Shown: positions 40,871 through 50,638 of the stretch, one piece after another
Layout: the number at the start of each line of letters is the position of its first letter
Numbering within the stretch: the stretch's first letter is position 1
Assembly (NCBI GenBank): GCA_965601925.1
Contig: OZ271854.1
Span: forward strand, 3,200,001-3,264,000
From: Alkalispirochaeta sp.
GTDB taxonomy: Bacteria > Spirochaetota > Spirochaetia > DSM-27196 > Alkalispirochaetaceae
DNA: 64,000 nt
Reading direction: 5' to 3'
Notes under the pieces: model-generated
Seen by the model: the letters and a program-made list of their open reading frames with translations, nothing else
What the model was told of the DNA's origin: nothing
Database searches by the model: none
Translations under genes and position numbers: made by a program

Positions 40871-41533
40871 ATGTTCAAATCGAGAAATCGTGACGTCGTG
40901 ACGCCCCAATCGGAGCATAGCCGCCTGACGGGAATGCTGGCGTACCATTGGGGCAACGAGGAGTTCGACAAGCCTCCCCACTTTGATTCGTTCGTCTTAG
41001 GTGTGACGCTGCACGATCGGGGCTACGGTGAATATGACGACGATCCCATCGGCGGCGTCCCCATTGAACGGTGGATAGCGCTTCAAAAACGAGGGGTGGA
41101 GAGGTCGTATTCCGATCCCGTAGCAGACATTGTGGCCGTCCGACACATCAGACGCTTATTGGGCTACGACGGTACGCCGGAACGCCGCGCTCTGATGACC
41201 ACAGCCGATCGGCGAATAGAGTCTCGACTGCGGGAAACCGATATAACGCGCGACGACGTTGAGTGGATGGATCGAATCACGAATCTGCTCGACAGTATCA
41301 CGTTTGATTTCGGGTTTGAGACCCCCGCGCAATCCACCCGGCCGATTTGCCCGCGCTACGGCTCCGACGAAACGATATCGGTGAGCTACGCACTTGAGAC
41401 CGGCGGGATCGTTACCGTCGATCCTTGGCCGTTTCGTGTCGATCGCATTGAGGGCTATGTCCTCGGGTACGAGGCGCGGGGCTATCCACAACGCCTTGCA
41501 CCTATACTGATTGAGTTTCTCGTAAGGAAGTGA
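40871..41533 (+). CDS. DUF3891-like protein
   Basis: QSEHSRL.G.LA.HWG, HD.G, VDPWPF. Confidence 0.68.
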   Translation: MFKSRNRDVVTPQSEHSRLTGMLAYHWGNEEFDKPPHFDSFVLGVTLHDRGYGEYDDDPIGGVPIERWIALQKRGVERSYSDPVADIVAVRHIRRLLGYDGTPERRALMTTADRRIESRLRETDITRDDVEWMDRITNLLDSITFDFGFETPAQSTRPICPRYGSDETISVSYALETGGIVTVDPWPFRVDRIEGYVLGYEARGYPQRLAPILIEFLVRK

Positions 41534-41685
41534 CGGATACGTTCGACGCGGTGCGATCTCACGGTAGCGTCTGTACGACGGAGCCCGACGCGGTCCAAAA
41601 AAGGATCTCGGGACGCACGCCGCTTGCCGTCGCCGGACGCCCGGTACGGGTCGCCCGGGCACGTATCGGCAATGGAGAGCGGTGT

Positions 41686-43515
41686 TCAGTGCGTAATGGC
41701 TCTCACCGCCCTCCGGGCCGCACGGGCGGCGTCGTGGACGTTGCCCCAATCGTTACCGGACGTATAGGCGTCCCCCGCAAAATATATCCTGTTCGCGACC
41801 GGCTCGGATAACGTCCGCACCCGTTTCCAGTCCTCATAATCGTTGAGATACGCGCCTTGTATGTACGGCTCGTCCGACCAGTTCTGAACGATATGGTTTA
41901 GGTAGCTCGGCGTCGCTTTGTTTGAAAAAATCGAGTCCAACTCTCGCAAGATGTATCGCTTCAGATCTCCGTCGGATAGCGACATATAGCGTTGCGCCGC
42001 GTTCCCGACGGCGAACAATCCCAATATGTTTCTATCGGTCTGTTGACCGTATGCCGCATCAAAATAGGTTACGTGACCGGATCGCTTGGGAGTGACGCTC
42101 AAGTCAGTATATGCGGGGTAAAACTTTTCGGAGAACTCCAGGAATACTTTCATGCCGTCCCATACAACGGCCCTCTTTACGGCCTGTAGTTTGTGTCTCG
42201 GCAGCGGTGGAACGAACTCGATGAGGCCGGTCCGGATCACCGGGAGCGGTGCGGTCACGATAACCGCGTCGGCGGTGTACTCAGCGTCCTGTGTTCGTAC
42301 GATCACGGTGTCGTCCGTGTAGTCGATGGTGCGTACCGCGGCGTTATAGACGATATGGCGCGCTACCGACGGAACGACATACCGTTCAAAGAAATCGAAC
42401 CACGTCCCGTGGACGAACTTTCTGTCACGAAAGGAATCTAACGCGTGCATTGATAAGGTATTGTTCTTCCAAAGACCGATACGCTCGGCCTCCGTGTATC
42501 CCGTCGTACGGACGGCAACGGCGACCGAGTCGTCATTGACGATGGTGTCGAAGATGTCGGCGTCGGCGGTAAGCCACTCGGCCCCTAAGGGAATGGGGAA
42601 GTCGGCGAAGGAGTCGGTCTTCTTCATACGTCCCCCGTAGCGCGAGGTCGCCTCGAGAACTTGAAACGATACCTGCTGTTGACTCAAAAAATGCCCGGCC
42701 GTCAGCCCCGCGGCCCCGGCGCCGACGATAAGCACGTTCCCGGAAAAGCCCGAGACGGCTCCCCTCCCATGACGAGACGTGTTGGGAGTCCGTGGGTGCG
42801 CATCGTTGTCGGCGGCGCGGAGCTCCAAGAGATCCCAGAGGTCGCTCTCTTCGTCCTCTTCCTCCGGGAGGTAGTGCGTTATCGCCCGGCGGATTAACAC
42901 AATCGCGATCGCCAGTCCGAGAAACCCCGGTATGCTGAGGGCGATTCGGGTGACGGCATTGACCTGGGCCACCTGCTGATTGAACAGCGTCGTCCCGAAA
43001 TCGGCCGTTACGATCCGCAGATTGAGGAGGAAGTTCGCGATCACCGCCGCCACATTGATACCGAGTATGAGTATCGTCCCATTGCGTATGGCGCGAGATA
43101 CCGTGGGCTCTTCGAATAACCCCTTGAGCAGCGCCACCTGTCTCGGCGAGGTCGCATACAACGCCTGCGCAAAGAAATAGTGCATCATCGGTCTACCGAC
43201 GATGAGTGAGCCGCCGAACACCATAACCGTAAGGATGGAACCGAAGCTGTCCTTTACGGCAAACCGAATACCATCGACGAACCAGAACGTCAGGAGGCCG
43301 CTCATGATCGCGGACGCTCCGATGTAGCTCGTGATGAAGTTGAATCGCTTCGTGATGAAGAATAGATCGATGAGGACCCACGCCGCCGGCACGAGGGCGG
43401 CGGCGACGTAGGCGCCTACCGTTCCGAGGTGTTCATTCAGGTTATTTAGGATAAGAATGGGAACGACCGTTCCCATGACGATGTCAAGAACGAGTTTCAC
43501 TCTGGTCGTATTCAC
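41686..43515 (-). CDS. Fusion of a VC0807/IspA-like membrane domain and a flavin amine oxidase
   Basis: About 6 TM helices, acidic linker, then GAGAAG, EA..RYGGR, LGAEW, W..EPY..GAY, YFAGD. Confidence 0.82.
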   Translation of the reverse strand: MNTTRVKLVLDIVMGTVVPILILNNLNEHLGTVGAYVAAALVPAAWVLIDLFFITKRFNFITSYIGASAIMSGLLTFWFVDGIRFAVKDSFGSILTVMVFGGSLIVGRPMMHYFFAQALYATSPRQVALLKGLFEEPTVSRAIRNGTILILGINVAAVIANFLLNLRIVTADFGTTLFNQQVAQVNAVTRIALSIPGFLGLAIAIVLIRRAITHYLPEEEDEESDLWDLLELRAADNDAHPRTPNTSRHGRGAVSGFSGNVLIVGAGAAGLTAGHFLSQQQVSFQVLEATSRYGGRMKKTDSFADFPIPLGAEWLTADADIFDTIVNDDSVAVAVRTTGYTEAERIGLWKNNTLSMHALDSFRDRKFVHGTWFDFFERYVVPSVARHIVYNAAVRTIDYTDDTVIVRTQDAEYTADAVIVTAPLPVIRTGLIEFVPPLPRHKLQAVKRAVVWDGMKVFLEFSEKFYPAYTDLSVTPKRSGHVTYFDAAYGQQTDRNILGLFAVGNAAQRYMSLSDGDLKRYILRELDSIFSNKATPSYLNHIVQNWSDEPYIQGAYLNDYEDWKRVRTLSEPVANRIYFAGDAYTSGNDWGNVHDAARAARRAVRAITH

Positions 43516-43564
43516 GCTTCATGCTCCTTACTCGCCGGCCGTCCCGCCGGGACGATACACCTGT

Positions 43565-43608
43565 TTATTATACGTTGTACAATATATTATTATACGGCGT
43601 ATAATAAT
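43565..43608. promoter_or_regulatory. Tandem palindromic operator candidates
   Basis: ATTATTATACG-G-CGTATAATAAT (43586-43608, perfect) plus a degenerate copy from 43565. Confidence 0.6.
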
Positions 43609-43700
43609 TCAAGGGCGATGCACGACACCCGTAGCGTCGCCGAACCCAAAAACAAAACGTTTCATTGATTCCCGGCTCCTCGATGCGTAGAATCGTCGCC

Positions 43701-44126
43701 ATGAAGCGACCGACCATATGTTTAATCATCACCCTCCTCGTGCCCCCCTTGCTGACCGGTTCGGAGGCTGGGTACGTCGTGGCCGGAGAGATCACGTTTC
43801 CCGAGGGCGGATTCGTCTACGTCGAACTGGTTACCGAGGAGACCTTCGGCCGTAACGGCGTGTCTCCCTACCGTACCGTTCTCGAACCTGAGGAGGGTGT
43901 GCATACGCTTCCGTTTCGCTTCGATGCCATTCCGCCGGGCCGGTACGTGCTGCGCGCTTTCCAAGACGAGAACGGTGACGGGAGACTCAACCTGGGGCCG
44001 TTCGGGCCGCGAGAGCCGGTGGGCATGTACCGTTGGCCGGAACGTATGCGTATACCACCGCGGTTCGAGGCGAGCGCGTTTGCCGTCGACGACGACATGA
44101 TCGACATCAACATCGAGCTGGACTGA
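43701..44126 (+). CDS. DUF2141 family secreted protein
   Basis: Signal peptide, PPGRY...FQDENGDGRL..GP.EP.G, PRF. Confidence 0.82.
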   Translation: MKRPTICLIITLLVPPLLTGSEAGYVVAGEITFPEGGFVYVELVTEETFGRNGVSPYRTVLEPEEGVHTLPFRFDAIPPGRYVLRAFQDENGDGRLNLGPFGPREPVGMYRWPERMRIPPRFEASAFAVDDDMIDINIELD

Positions 44127-44462
44127 TCCCCGCACGGCGAAGGCGATCATCGGCGGCGCGTCTCGCAGCATTGGTGTGCGGAGCGCCGTCTCTCCTATCG
44201 TGTCCCCCATCTCCCTACCGCATCGCAAAAAGCACAGGGCACCTCCTTCCATCATGCCGCAAAGGTGGGGTGGGCTACCGGTCGCGCCTCGCCGTTGTGC
44301 GTATGTCGGACACGCTTGCGACATCGTAGCCGCTCTGCGGACGCATTCCGGGGCGAATGCGACACCGGAGAGGCGGGCCTCGCCTATCCTCGCGGAGACG
44401 GCCGCGTATTTCGTGGAGGCGTGCCTCGATGTGAACGACGCCTCGAAGCGACGATTATTTTG

Positions 44463-44523
44463 TTGACCCCCGGCAAAAGGGGTGCTACGATCAACGCGAG
44501 CGGTTTGCGTTAACGTACACGCA
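44463..44523 (+). promoter_or_regulatory. Promoter and LacI-type operator of the sugar ABC operon
   Basis: TTGACC-17 bp-(TG)n-TACGAT; TGCGTTAACGTACACGCA at 44506-44523. Confidence 0.72.
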
Positions 44524-44568
44524 CCCGATTAAACGCGGTCCGTTCAATCTCAAAGAAGGAGGACTCAC

Positions 44569-45648
44569 ATGCGAAGGTGGAGTCTCATACCCGTTGTGTT
44601 CCTAACGAGCCTGGTGATCGTCGCATCGTTGTTTGCCGCGGGAGGGCAAGAGAGCGACGCGCCGTTGGTCGGCATTGCGATGCCGACGCAGTCTTCGCAG
44701 CGATGGATTGAAGACGGCGGCAACATGCGCACGATTCTCGAGGAGCGAGGATACCGCGTGGATCTACAGTACGCCGAGGACAGCATCGACGCCCAAGTCA
44801 ATCAGATCGAGAATATGATCACCAAGGGTGCCGATGTGTTGGTTATTGCGTCCATCGACGGCGAGTCGCTGACCAACGTGTTGGAGGTCGCCGCGGAGAA
44901 CGACATCCCCGTCATCGCCTACGATCGGTTGATTCGAAACACCCCGCACGTGAGTTACTACGCGACGTTCGACAACTACTTAGTCGGCGTGCAACAGGGG
45001 AACTACATCGTCGAAGCACTTGAGCTTGCCTCGGGTTCCGGGCCGTTTAATGTGGAGATCTTCGCCGGGAGTCCCGACGATAACAACGCGTATTTCTTCT
45101 TTAACGGCGCGATGGACCAGCTGCAACCCTATATCGACGGCGGGCAACTCGTGGTTCGAAGCGGCCAGACCGACTTTGACGAGGTGGCAACCCTACGGTG
45201 GGACGGCGCGACGGCGCAGCAACGGATGGATAACGTCATCACGGCCCATTATACCGATGCGCGTATCGACGCGGTACTCTCGCCGTATGACGGTATCTCG
45301 ATCGGCGTTCTCTCCTCGCTCAAGAGCGCCGGATATGGACAGAGCGACCTCGTCCTACCGATCGTTACCGGACAAGACGCCGAGCTCCCATCGGTGAAAT
45401 CGATACTCGCCGGCGAGCAGACCCAGACGGTCTTCAAAGATACGCGAGTATTGGCCGAGCGCGCCGTGAGCATGGTCGAGGCGGTGCTCGAGGGTGGCGC
45501 GGCGGAGGTGAACGACACGACGACCTACGACAACGGCGTCGTTGTGGTGCCGTCGTTCTTGGAGCAACCCGTGTCGGTCGACATCACCAACTGGGAAGAG
45601 GTGCTTGTCGGTTCCGGATACTACACGCGCGAGCAAGTGACGGAGTGA
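44569..45648 (+). CDS. chvE: Multiple-monosaccharide ABC binding protein
   Basis: [49 protein letters not shown]. Confidence 0.94.
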   Translation: MRRWSLIPVVFLTSLVIVASLFAAGGQESDAPLVGIAMPTQSSQRWIEDGGNMRTILEERGYRVDLQYAEDSIDAQVNQIENMITKGADVLVIASIDGESLTNVLEVAAENDIPVIAYDRLIRNTPHVSYYATFDNYLVGVQQGNYIVEALELASGSGPFNVEIFAGSPDDNNAYFFFNGAMDQLQPYIDGGQLVVRSGQTDFDEVATLRWDGATAQQRMDNVITAHYTDARIDAVLSPYDGISIGVLSSLKSAGYGQSDLVLPIVTGQDAELPSVKSILAGEQTQTVFKDTRVLAERAVSMVEAVLEGGAAEVNDTTTYDNGVVVVPSFLEQPVSVDITNWEEVLVGSGYYTREQVTE

Positions 45649-45669
45649 TACCTATTCGCGCCGTACCGA

Positions 45670-45699
45670 CGGGATCGAACGCCGATGCGTTTGATCCCG
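45670..45699. other. Intercistronic stem-loop after chvE
   Basis: CGGGATCGAACGC-CGAT-GCGTTTGATCCCG (one G-U pair). Confidence 0.6.
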
Positions 45700-45737
45700 C
45701 TTCCACCCTCGCGATAGCGGGCTGAAAGGATCGCATC

Positions 45738-47291
45738 GTGGCGGACTATCTCCTGGAGATGCGAAACATCACCAAGGCGTTCGGAAGCGTGAACGCCTTG
45801 ACCGGGGTCGATCTTGAACTTCCCGGCGATGAGATTCGCGCACTGGTCGGTGAAAACGGCGCCGGCAAATCGACGCTGATGAACGTCCTGAGCGGAGTCT
45901 ATCCTCACGGAACCTACACCGGCGATATCATCTTTCGGGGGACGCCGTGCAGATTTCGAGATATTCGCGACAGCGAACGGCTCGGTATTGCGATTATCCA
46001 CCAGGAGTTGGCCCTGATCCCCGAACTCTCGATTGCGGAGAACGTCTTTCTCGGCAACGAGCGTCAGCGACGCGGGGTGATCGATTGGAATCTTACGTTC
46101 GCCCAAAGTAAGAAGCTTCTGAATAAGGTGGGTCTCGATGAGAGTCCCGGTACCTTGGTGGGAGATATCGGCGTGGGCAAGCAACAGCTCGTCGAGATCG
46201 CCAAGGCGCTGGCCAAGGAGGTGCGTCTCCTGATCCTCGACGAGCCGACCGCCGCTCTCAACGACGCCGAGAGTCGCAAGCTCCTACAACTCTTACGGGA
46301 TCTCAAGGCGCACGGTGTCACCTCGATATTGATCTCTCACAAACTGAACGAGGTCTCCGAGATAGCCGACGCGGTAACGATTCTCCGCGACGGTGAGGTG
46401 ATCGAGACACTTACGCGCGCCTCCGACGGGTTCGACGAGGATCGAATCATCAAGAGTATGGTCGGACGCGCGCTGGTCGATCGTTTCCCACGGCGCGAGG
46501 CGGTCGTCGGCGACGAGATATTCCGCGTGCGGAACTGGACCGTGTACCATCCCGAGCACGAGGATCGACGAGTAGTGCGCGACGTCACCTTCGGCCTTCG
46601 CCGCGGCGAGGTGGTGGGACTCGCCGGGTTGATGGGCGCGGGGCGGACGGAGCTCGCCATGAGTCTCTTCGGTCGTTCTTACGGCATAAAACACTCCGGT
46701 ACGGTCTTCGTTCACGGACGGGAGGTCGCGTTGCGTACCGTCGAGGATGCGATCGACAACCGGATCGCCTACGTCACCGAGGATCGCAAGAATCTCGGGT
46801 TGGTGTTGATCGACGACATAAAGCGCAATATCTCGTTGCCCAACCTCTCCGCAATCAGTCGGCGGGGTGTCATCGACGAGAACCAAGAGATCGCACGAGC
46901 CGATGGATATCGAACGCAGCTGTCGATCCGCAGTTCCGGCATCGACCAGACGGTAGAGAGCCTCTCGGGCGGTAACCAGCAGAAGGTGGTGCTCGGGAAG
47001 TGGCTCATGTCCGATCCGGAGATTCTGTTCCTCGACGAGCCGACGAGGGGCATCGACGTGGGTGCCAAGTACGAGATCTACACGATCATCAATGAGTTGG
47101 CGGCTCAGGGAAAGTGTTTGTTAATGATCTCCTCGGAGCTTCCCGAGCTTCTCGGCATGTGCGACCGCATCTATGTCGTGAACGCCGGCGAAATCGCCGG
47201 AGAGCTCGCCCGCGGCGAGGCGACGCAAGAATCGATCATGAAGATCATCATGACTCACCAGAGGAGCGTCAAGGAGAGGCATAATCGATGA
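45738..47291 (+). CDS. gguA: Sugar ABC ATP-binding protein (GguA/MmsA)
   Basis: GENGAGKST, two NBDs, [18 protein letters not shown]. Confidence 0.94.
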   Translation: MADYLLEMRNITKAFGSVNALTGVDLELPGDEIRALVGENGAGKSTLMNVLSGVYPHGTYTGDIIFRGTPCRFRDIRDSERLGIAIIHQELALIPELSIAENVFLGNERQRRGVIDWNLTFAQSKKLLNKVGLDESPGTLVGDIGVGKQQLVEIAKALAKEVRLLILDEPTAALNDAESRKLLQLLRDLKAHGVTSILISHKLNEVSEIADAVTILRDGEVIETLTRASDGFDEDRIIKSMVGRALVDRFPRREAVVGDEIFRVRNWTVYHPEHEDRRVVRDVTFGLRRGEVVGLAGLMGAGRTELAMSLFGRSYGIKHSGTVFVHGREVALRTVEDAIDNRIAYVTEDRKNLGLVLIDDIKRNISLPNLSAISRRGVIDENQEIARADGYRTQLSIRSSGIDQTVESLSGGNQQKVVLGKWLMSDPEILFLDEPTRGIDVGAKYEIYTIINELAAQGKCLLMISSELPELLGMCDRIYVVNAGEIAGELARGEATQESIMKIIMTHQRSVKERHNR

Positions 47292-48460
47292 GCTCACTCA
47301 TTCAATTCTTCAGAAGTAACATTCGGCAGAACGGCATGGTCATGGCTCTGGTCTTCATCATGGTGCTGTTTCAGATACTGACCCGAGGAATTCTCTTCCG
47401 TCCGATGAACATTACCAACCTCGTGCTCCAGAACAGCTACATCTTGATTCTTGCAATCGGCATGCTTCTGTGTATTCTCACCGGTAACATCGACCTTTCG
47501 GTCGGATCGGTCGTCGCCTTCGTCGGCGCGGTCGCGGCGGTGATGATGGTCAACATGGATATCGGTGTCGCTCCGACGATAGTCGTATCACTTGCGATCG
47601 GCATCGTCGTCGGGATGTTTCACGGCGCGTTTATCGCGTTTGCCCGCATTCCGGCCTTCATCGTCACGCTTGCGGGAATGTTGATTTTTCGCGGCCTCAC
47701 CCTCGTGATTCTCAAGGGCCAAACGATCGGTCCCTTTGAGCGATCCTTCCAAAGCATCGCCGCCGGCTACCTTCCGGGGCGCGAGATCGAGATCGCGGGA
47801 TACAACGTAGTAGCTCTCGTCGTCGGAGTTGTGCTGTCGGTGTATTTCGTCATTGCGCTCCTCATGAGTCGCGCCGGTAAGGCGCGCTACGGATTCGATG
47901 TTCCGCCGGTCGGTATCGAGATCGCCCGTATCGTCTTCATCGTCGCTGCGATAAACGTGTTGACGCTGAGTTTGGCGGCGCATAACGGCATTCCGATCAT
48001 CTTGGTCCTGCTCTCGGCACTCATTCTGCTCTATACCTTCATCACCCGTAAGACTGTGTTCGGGCGTCATATCTATGCGTTGGGTGGAAATGAGAAGGCG
48101 GCGCGGCTCTCGGGCGTCAAAACGCAGAGGGTCATGTTTCTGGTCTACACCAATATGGGACTCTTGGCCGCGTTGGCGGGATTAGTCGTCGCGGGACGAC
48201 TCAACGCAGCCACGCCCAAGGCGGGCACGATGTTCGAGCTCGACGCGATCGCCGCCGCGTTCATCGGTGGTGCGTCCGCCTCGGGCGGTATCGGAACGGT
48301 CGTCGGCGCCGTCGTCGGCGGCCTGGTCATGGGTGTGCTCAACAACGGGATGTCCATCATGGGCGTAAGCGTCGATTGGCAGCAGGCGATAAAAGGGCTC
48401 GTACTCCTTGCCGCCGTCAGCTTCGATGTCTACACGAAAAACAAGGCCCACACCTCCTAA
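47288..48460 (+). CDS. gguB: Sugar ABC permease (GguB/MmsB)
   Basis: [36 protein letters not shown]. Confidence 0.94.
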   Translation: MSSLIQFFRSNIRQNGMVMALVFIMVLFQILTRGILFRPMNITNLVLQNSYILILAIGMLLCILTGNIDLSVGSVVAFVGAVAAVMMVNMDIGVAPTIVVSLAIGIVVGMFHGAFIAFARIPAFIVTLAGMLIFRGLTLVILKGQTIGPFERSFQSIAAGYLPGREIEIAGYNVVALVVGVVLSVYFVIALLMSRAGKARYGFDVPPVGIEIARIVFIVAAINVLTLSLAAHNGIPIILVLLSALILLYTFITRKTVFGRHIYALGGNEKAARLSGVKTQRVMFLVYTNMGLLAALAGLVVAGRLNAATPKAGTMFELDAIAAAFIGGASASGGIGTVVGAVVGGLVMGVLNNGMSIMGVSVDWQQAIKGLVLLAAVSFDVYTKNKAHTS

Positions 48461-48527
48461 CCGACGACGTAGGCGTTCGACCGGAAATCGGTGGTCCTTC
48501 GAGCACCGAATGTAGTACCCTTGTCGC

Positions 48528-48704
48528 ATGAAGACGAATATGCTCGATACGAGCCGGCGTCGTACGGATCGGCGGCCGGTGCCCATCGGCGTGCGCACAG
48601 TTCAAGCCGCGTCGCGCATTCCCGATGGTCGTCAAACCCGTGCACGTACCCTTTCCCGTATCCTTCCCGTCTCCTCTCCCTGTCTTTGCCTCTGCTGTTG
48701 TTGA
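48528..48704 (+). CDS. Putative polycysteine leader peptide (58 aa, ends PCLCLCCC*)
   Basis: Hand translation; 5 Cys in the last 7 codons, 90 nt upstream of cysE; too short for the ORF track. Confidence 0.7.
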   Translation: MKTNMLDTSRRRTDRRPVPIGVRTVQAASRIPDGRQTRARTLSRILPVSSPCLCLCCC

Positions 48705-48794
48705 ACCTGCTCGCCAACTCCTAATTGTGGGCCTCGAAAACGGTACGCATCGTTCTCGGGGCAACGAGTCTCATAGTACGAAGGATGTACCGTC

Positions 48795-49640
48795 ATGAAG
48801 AACATCACAACACTTATCGACGATTTGCAGGAGAGTCATCGCAATCCGAGCCGCGGCCTCCCGTCTCGACGGGGCACTGCACAGTTTTTGGACGAATTGT
48901 TGGCGCTCCTCTTTCCACATTTCGCCTACGACGAACGCTACGGCTCATCCGAGGAGATTGCCGCCGCATTCATTCGTATCGAGCGACGCCTGCACCACCT
49001 CCTCGCTCCGCTGGAGGACCGCATGGAGCTGACATCGGAGGAGGGCGCGAGGGCGTTTTTGGACCATCTGCCGGCGGTGTATACGCTCCTGCAGGAAGAT
49101 GCGGCGGCGATCTACAACGGTGATCCCGCCGCCGAGTCGGTCGACGAGGTCGTTGCCGCCTATCCCGGCTTTTTCGCTATTGCGGCGTACCGCGTCGCGC
49201 ACTGCTTTTATCGCTCCGGCGTACCGGTCTTTCCGCGCATCATCACCGAGTACGCGCATCTGCGTACCGGGGTCGACATTCATCCCGGCGCCGAAATCGG
49301 GCGCGCCTTTTTCATCGACCACGCCACGGGCATCGTCATCGGCGAGACGACCAGGATCGGCAACCACGTGAAGATCTACCAAGGCGTCACGCTGGGGGCG
49401 TTGAGTGTCTCCAAAGAGATGCACAGCACCAAGCGCCACCCCACCATTGAGGATCGCGTTATCGTCTACTCGAACGCGACGATTCTCGGCGGCGACACGG
49501 TCGTGGGGCACGACAGTGTCATCGGCGGCAACTCGTGGGTCACCTCCAGCATCGAGCCGTACTCGGTTGTGTACAACCGCGCGGAGGTGCGTGTGCGCAA
49601 TACGCGCTCCTCGGACCATGAAATAATGTTTCACATCTAA
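48795..49640 (+). CDS. cysE: Serine O-acetyltransferase
   Basis: [36 protein letters not shown]. Confidence 0.95.
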   Translation: MKNITTLIDDLQESHRNPSRGLPSRRGTAQFLDELLALLFPHFAYDERYGSSEEIAAAFIRIERRLHHLLAPLEDRMELTSEEGARAFLDHLPAVYTLLQEDAAAIYNGDPAAESVDEVVAAYPGFFAIAAYRVAHCFYRSGVPVFPRIITEYAHLRTGVDIHPGAEIGRAFFIDHATGIVIGETTRIGNHVKIYQGVTLGALSVSKEMHSTKRHPTIEDRVIVYSNATILGGDTVVGHDSVIGGNSWVTSSIEPYSVVYNRAEVRVRNTRSSDHEIMFHI

Positions 49641-49663
49641 GGGGAAGGCAAAAGGAGAACATC

Positions 49664-50578
49664 ATGAAGATCGATACCATGTTAGAGGCGATCGGAAATA
49701 CGCCGCACCTCAGACTTAATCACCTCTACGACGAGCGGCACGAGGTATGGATGAAACTCGAACGTTCCAACCCCGGTGGGAGTATCAAGGATCGTATCGC
49801 CCTCTCGATGGTCGAGGCGGCCGAGCGCGACGGGCTCCTCTCGCCGGGTGGAACGATTATAGAGCCCACCTCGGGCAATACCGGCGTCGGCCTCGCGCTC
49901 GTTGGAGCGGTAAAGGGGTATCGGGTAATCCTGGTAATGCCCGAGTCGATGTCGATGGAGCGTCGACGGCTCATGGCGGTCTACGGCGCCGATTTCGAAC
50001 TCACACCCCGGGGCGAGGGCATGAAAGGGGCGATTCGTCGAGCCGAGGAGCTGACCGTCGAGCTCGACGGAGCGTGGATGCCCATGCAGTTCGCCAACCC
50101 CGCCAATCCCGCGATACACGAGGAGCGTACCGCCGCCGAAATCGCGGAGGATTTTCCCGACGGGCTGGACTACCTCATAACCGGCGTCGGAACCGGCGGG
50201 CACATCACCGGCGTCGCACGGCGGTTGAAAACGCTCTGGCCCGATGTGCGCGTTATCGCCGTGGAGCCGGCCGACTCGCCGGTGCTCAGCGGCGGTGAGC
50301 CGGCGAGCCACGCCATTCAGGGTATCGGCGCCGGCTTCATCCCCGAGGTCATGGATCAATCGCTTCTCGACGGAGTGGCGACGGTTACCAAAGCTGAGGC
50401 GTTCGAGTACGCCCGTCGCGCCGCCCGCGAAGAGGGAGCGCTCGTCGGCATTAGTTCCGGTGCGTCCCTGGCCGCAGTCGCCAAGAGGCTGGCGAACGAG
50501 ACCGAGCCGCGGCGCGTGCTGACCTTTTGCTACGATACCGGAGAGCGTTATCTCTCGATGGAAGACTTTTACATGTAG
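49664..50578 (+). CDS. cysK: Cysteine synthase A
   Basis: [12 protein letters not shown] lysine, [27 protein letters not shown]. Confidence 0.96.
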   Translation: MKIDTMLEAIGNTPHLRLNHLYDERHEVWMKLERSNPGGSIKDRIALSMVEAAERDGLLSPGGTIIEPTSGNTGVGLALVGAVKGYRVILVMPESMSMERRRLMAVYGADFELTPRGEGMKGAIRRAEELTVELDGAWMPMQFANPANPAIHEERTAAEIAEDFPDGLDYLITGVGTGGHITGVARRLKTLWPDVRVIAVEPADSPVLSGGEPASHAIQGIGAGFIPEVMDQSLLDGVATVTKAEAFEYARRAAREEGALVGISSGASLAAVAKRLANETEPRRVLTFCYDTGERYLSMEDFYM

Positions 50579-50598
50579 CGCGCGTCCTCGTTGCGTTA

Positions 50599-50637
50599 CC
50601 GCCCGCGCCCGGCGTCGACGTCGGGCGCGCGGGCGGC
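50599..50637. terminator. GC-rich hairpin between convergent genes
   Basis: CCGCCCGCGCCCGGCG...CGTCGGGCGCGCGGGCGG inverted repeat. Confidence 0.45.
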
Positions 50638-50638
50638 G

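Noticed and set aside
28700..44450. Integron cassette array
   Set aside because: No intI, no repeated attC-like elements at gene ends, and several genes have their own promoters
48702..48704. Selenocysteine read-through of the leader TGA
   Set aside because: No recognisable SECIS and no meaningful downstream coding; simple stop is more likely
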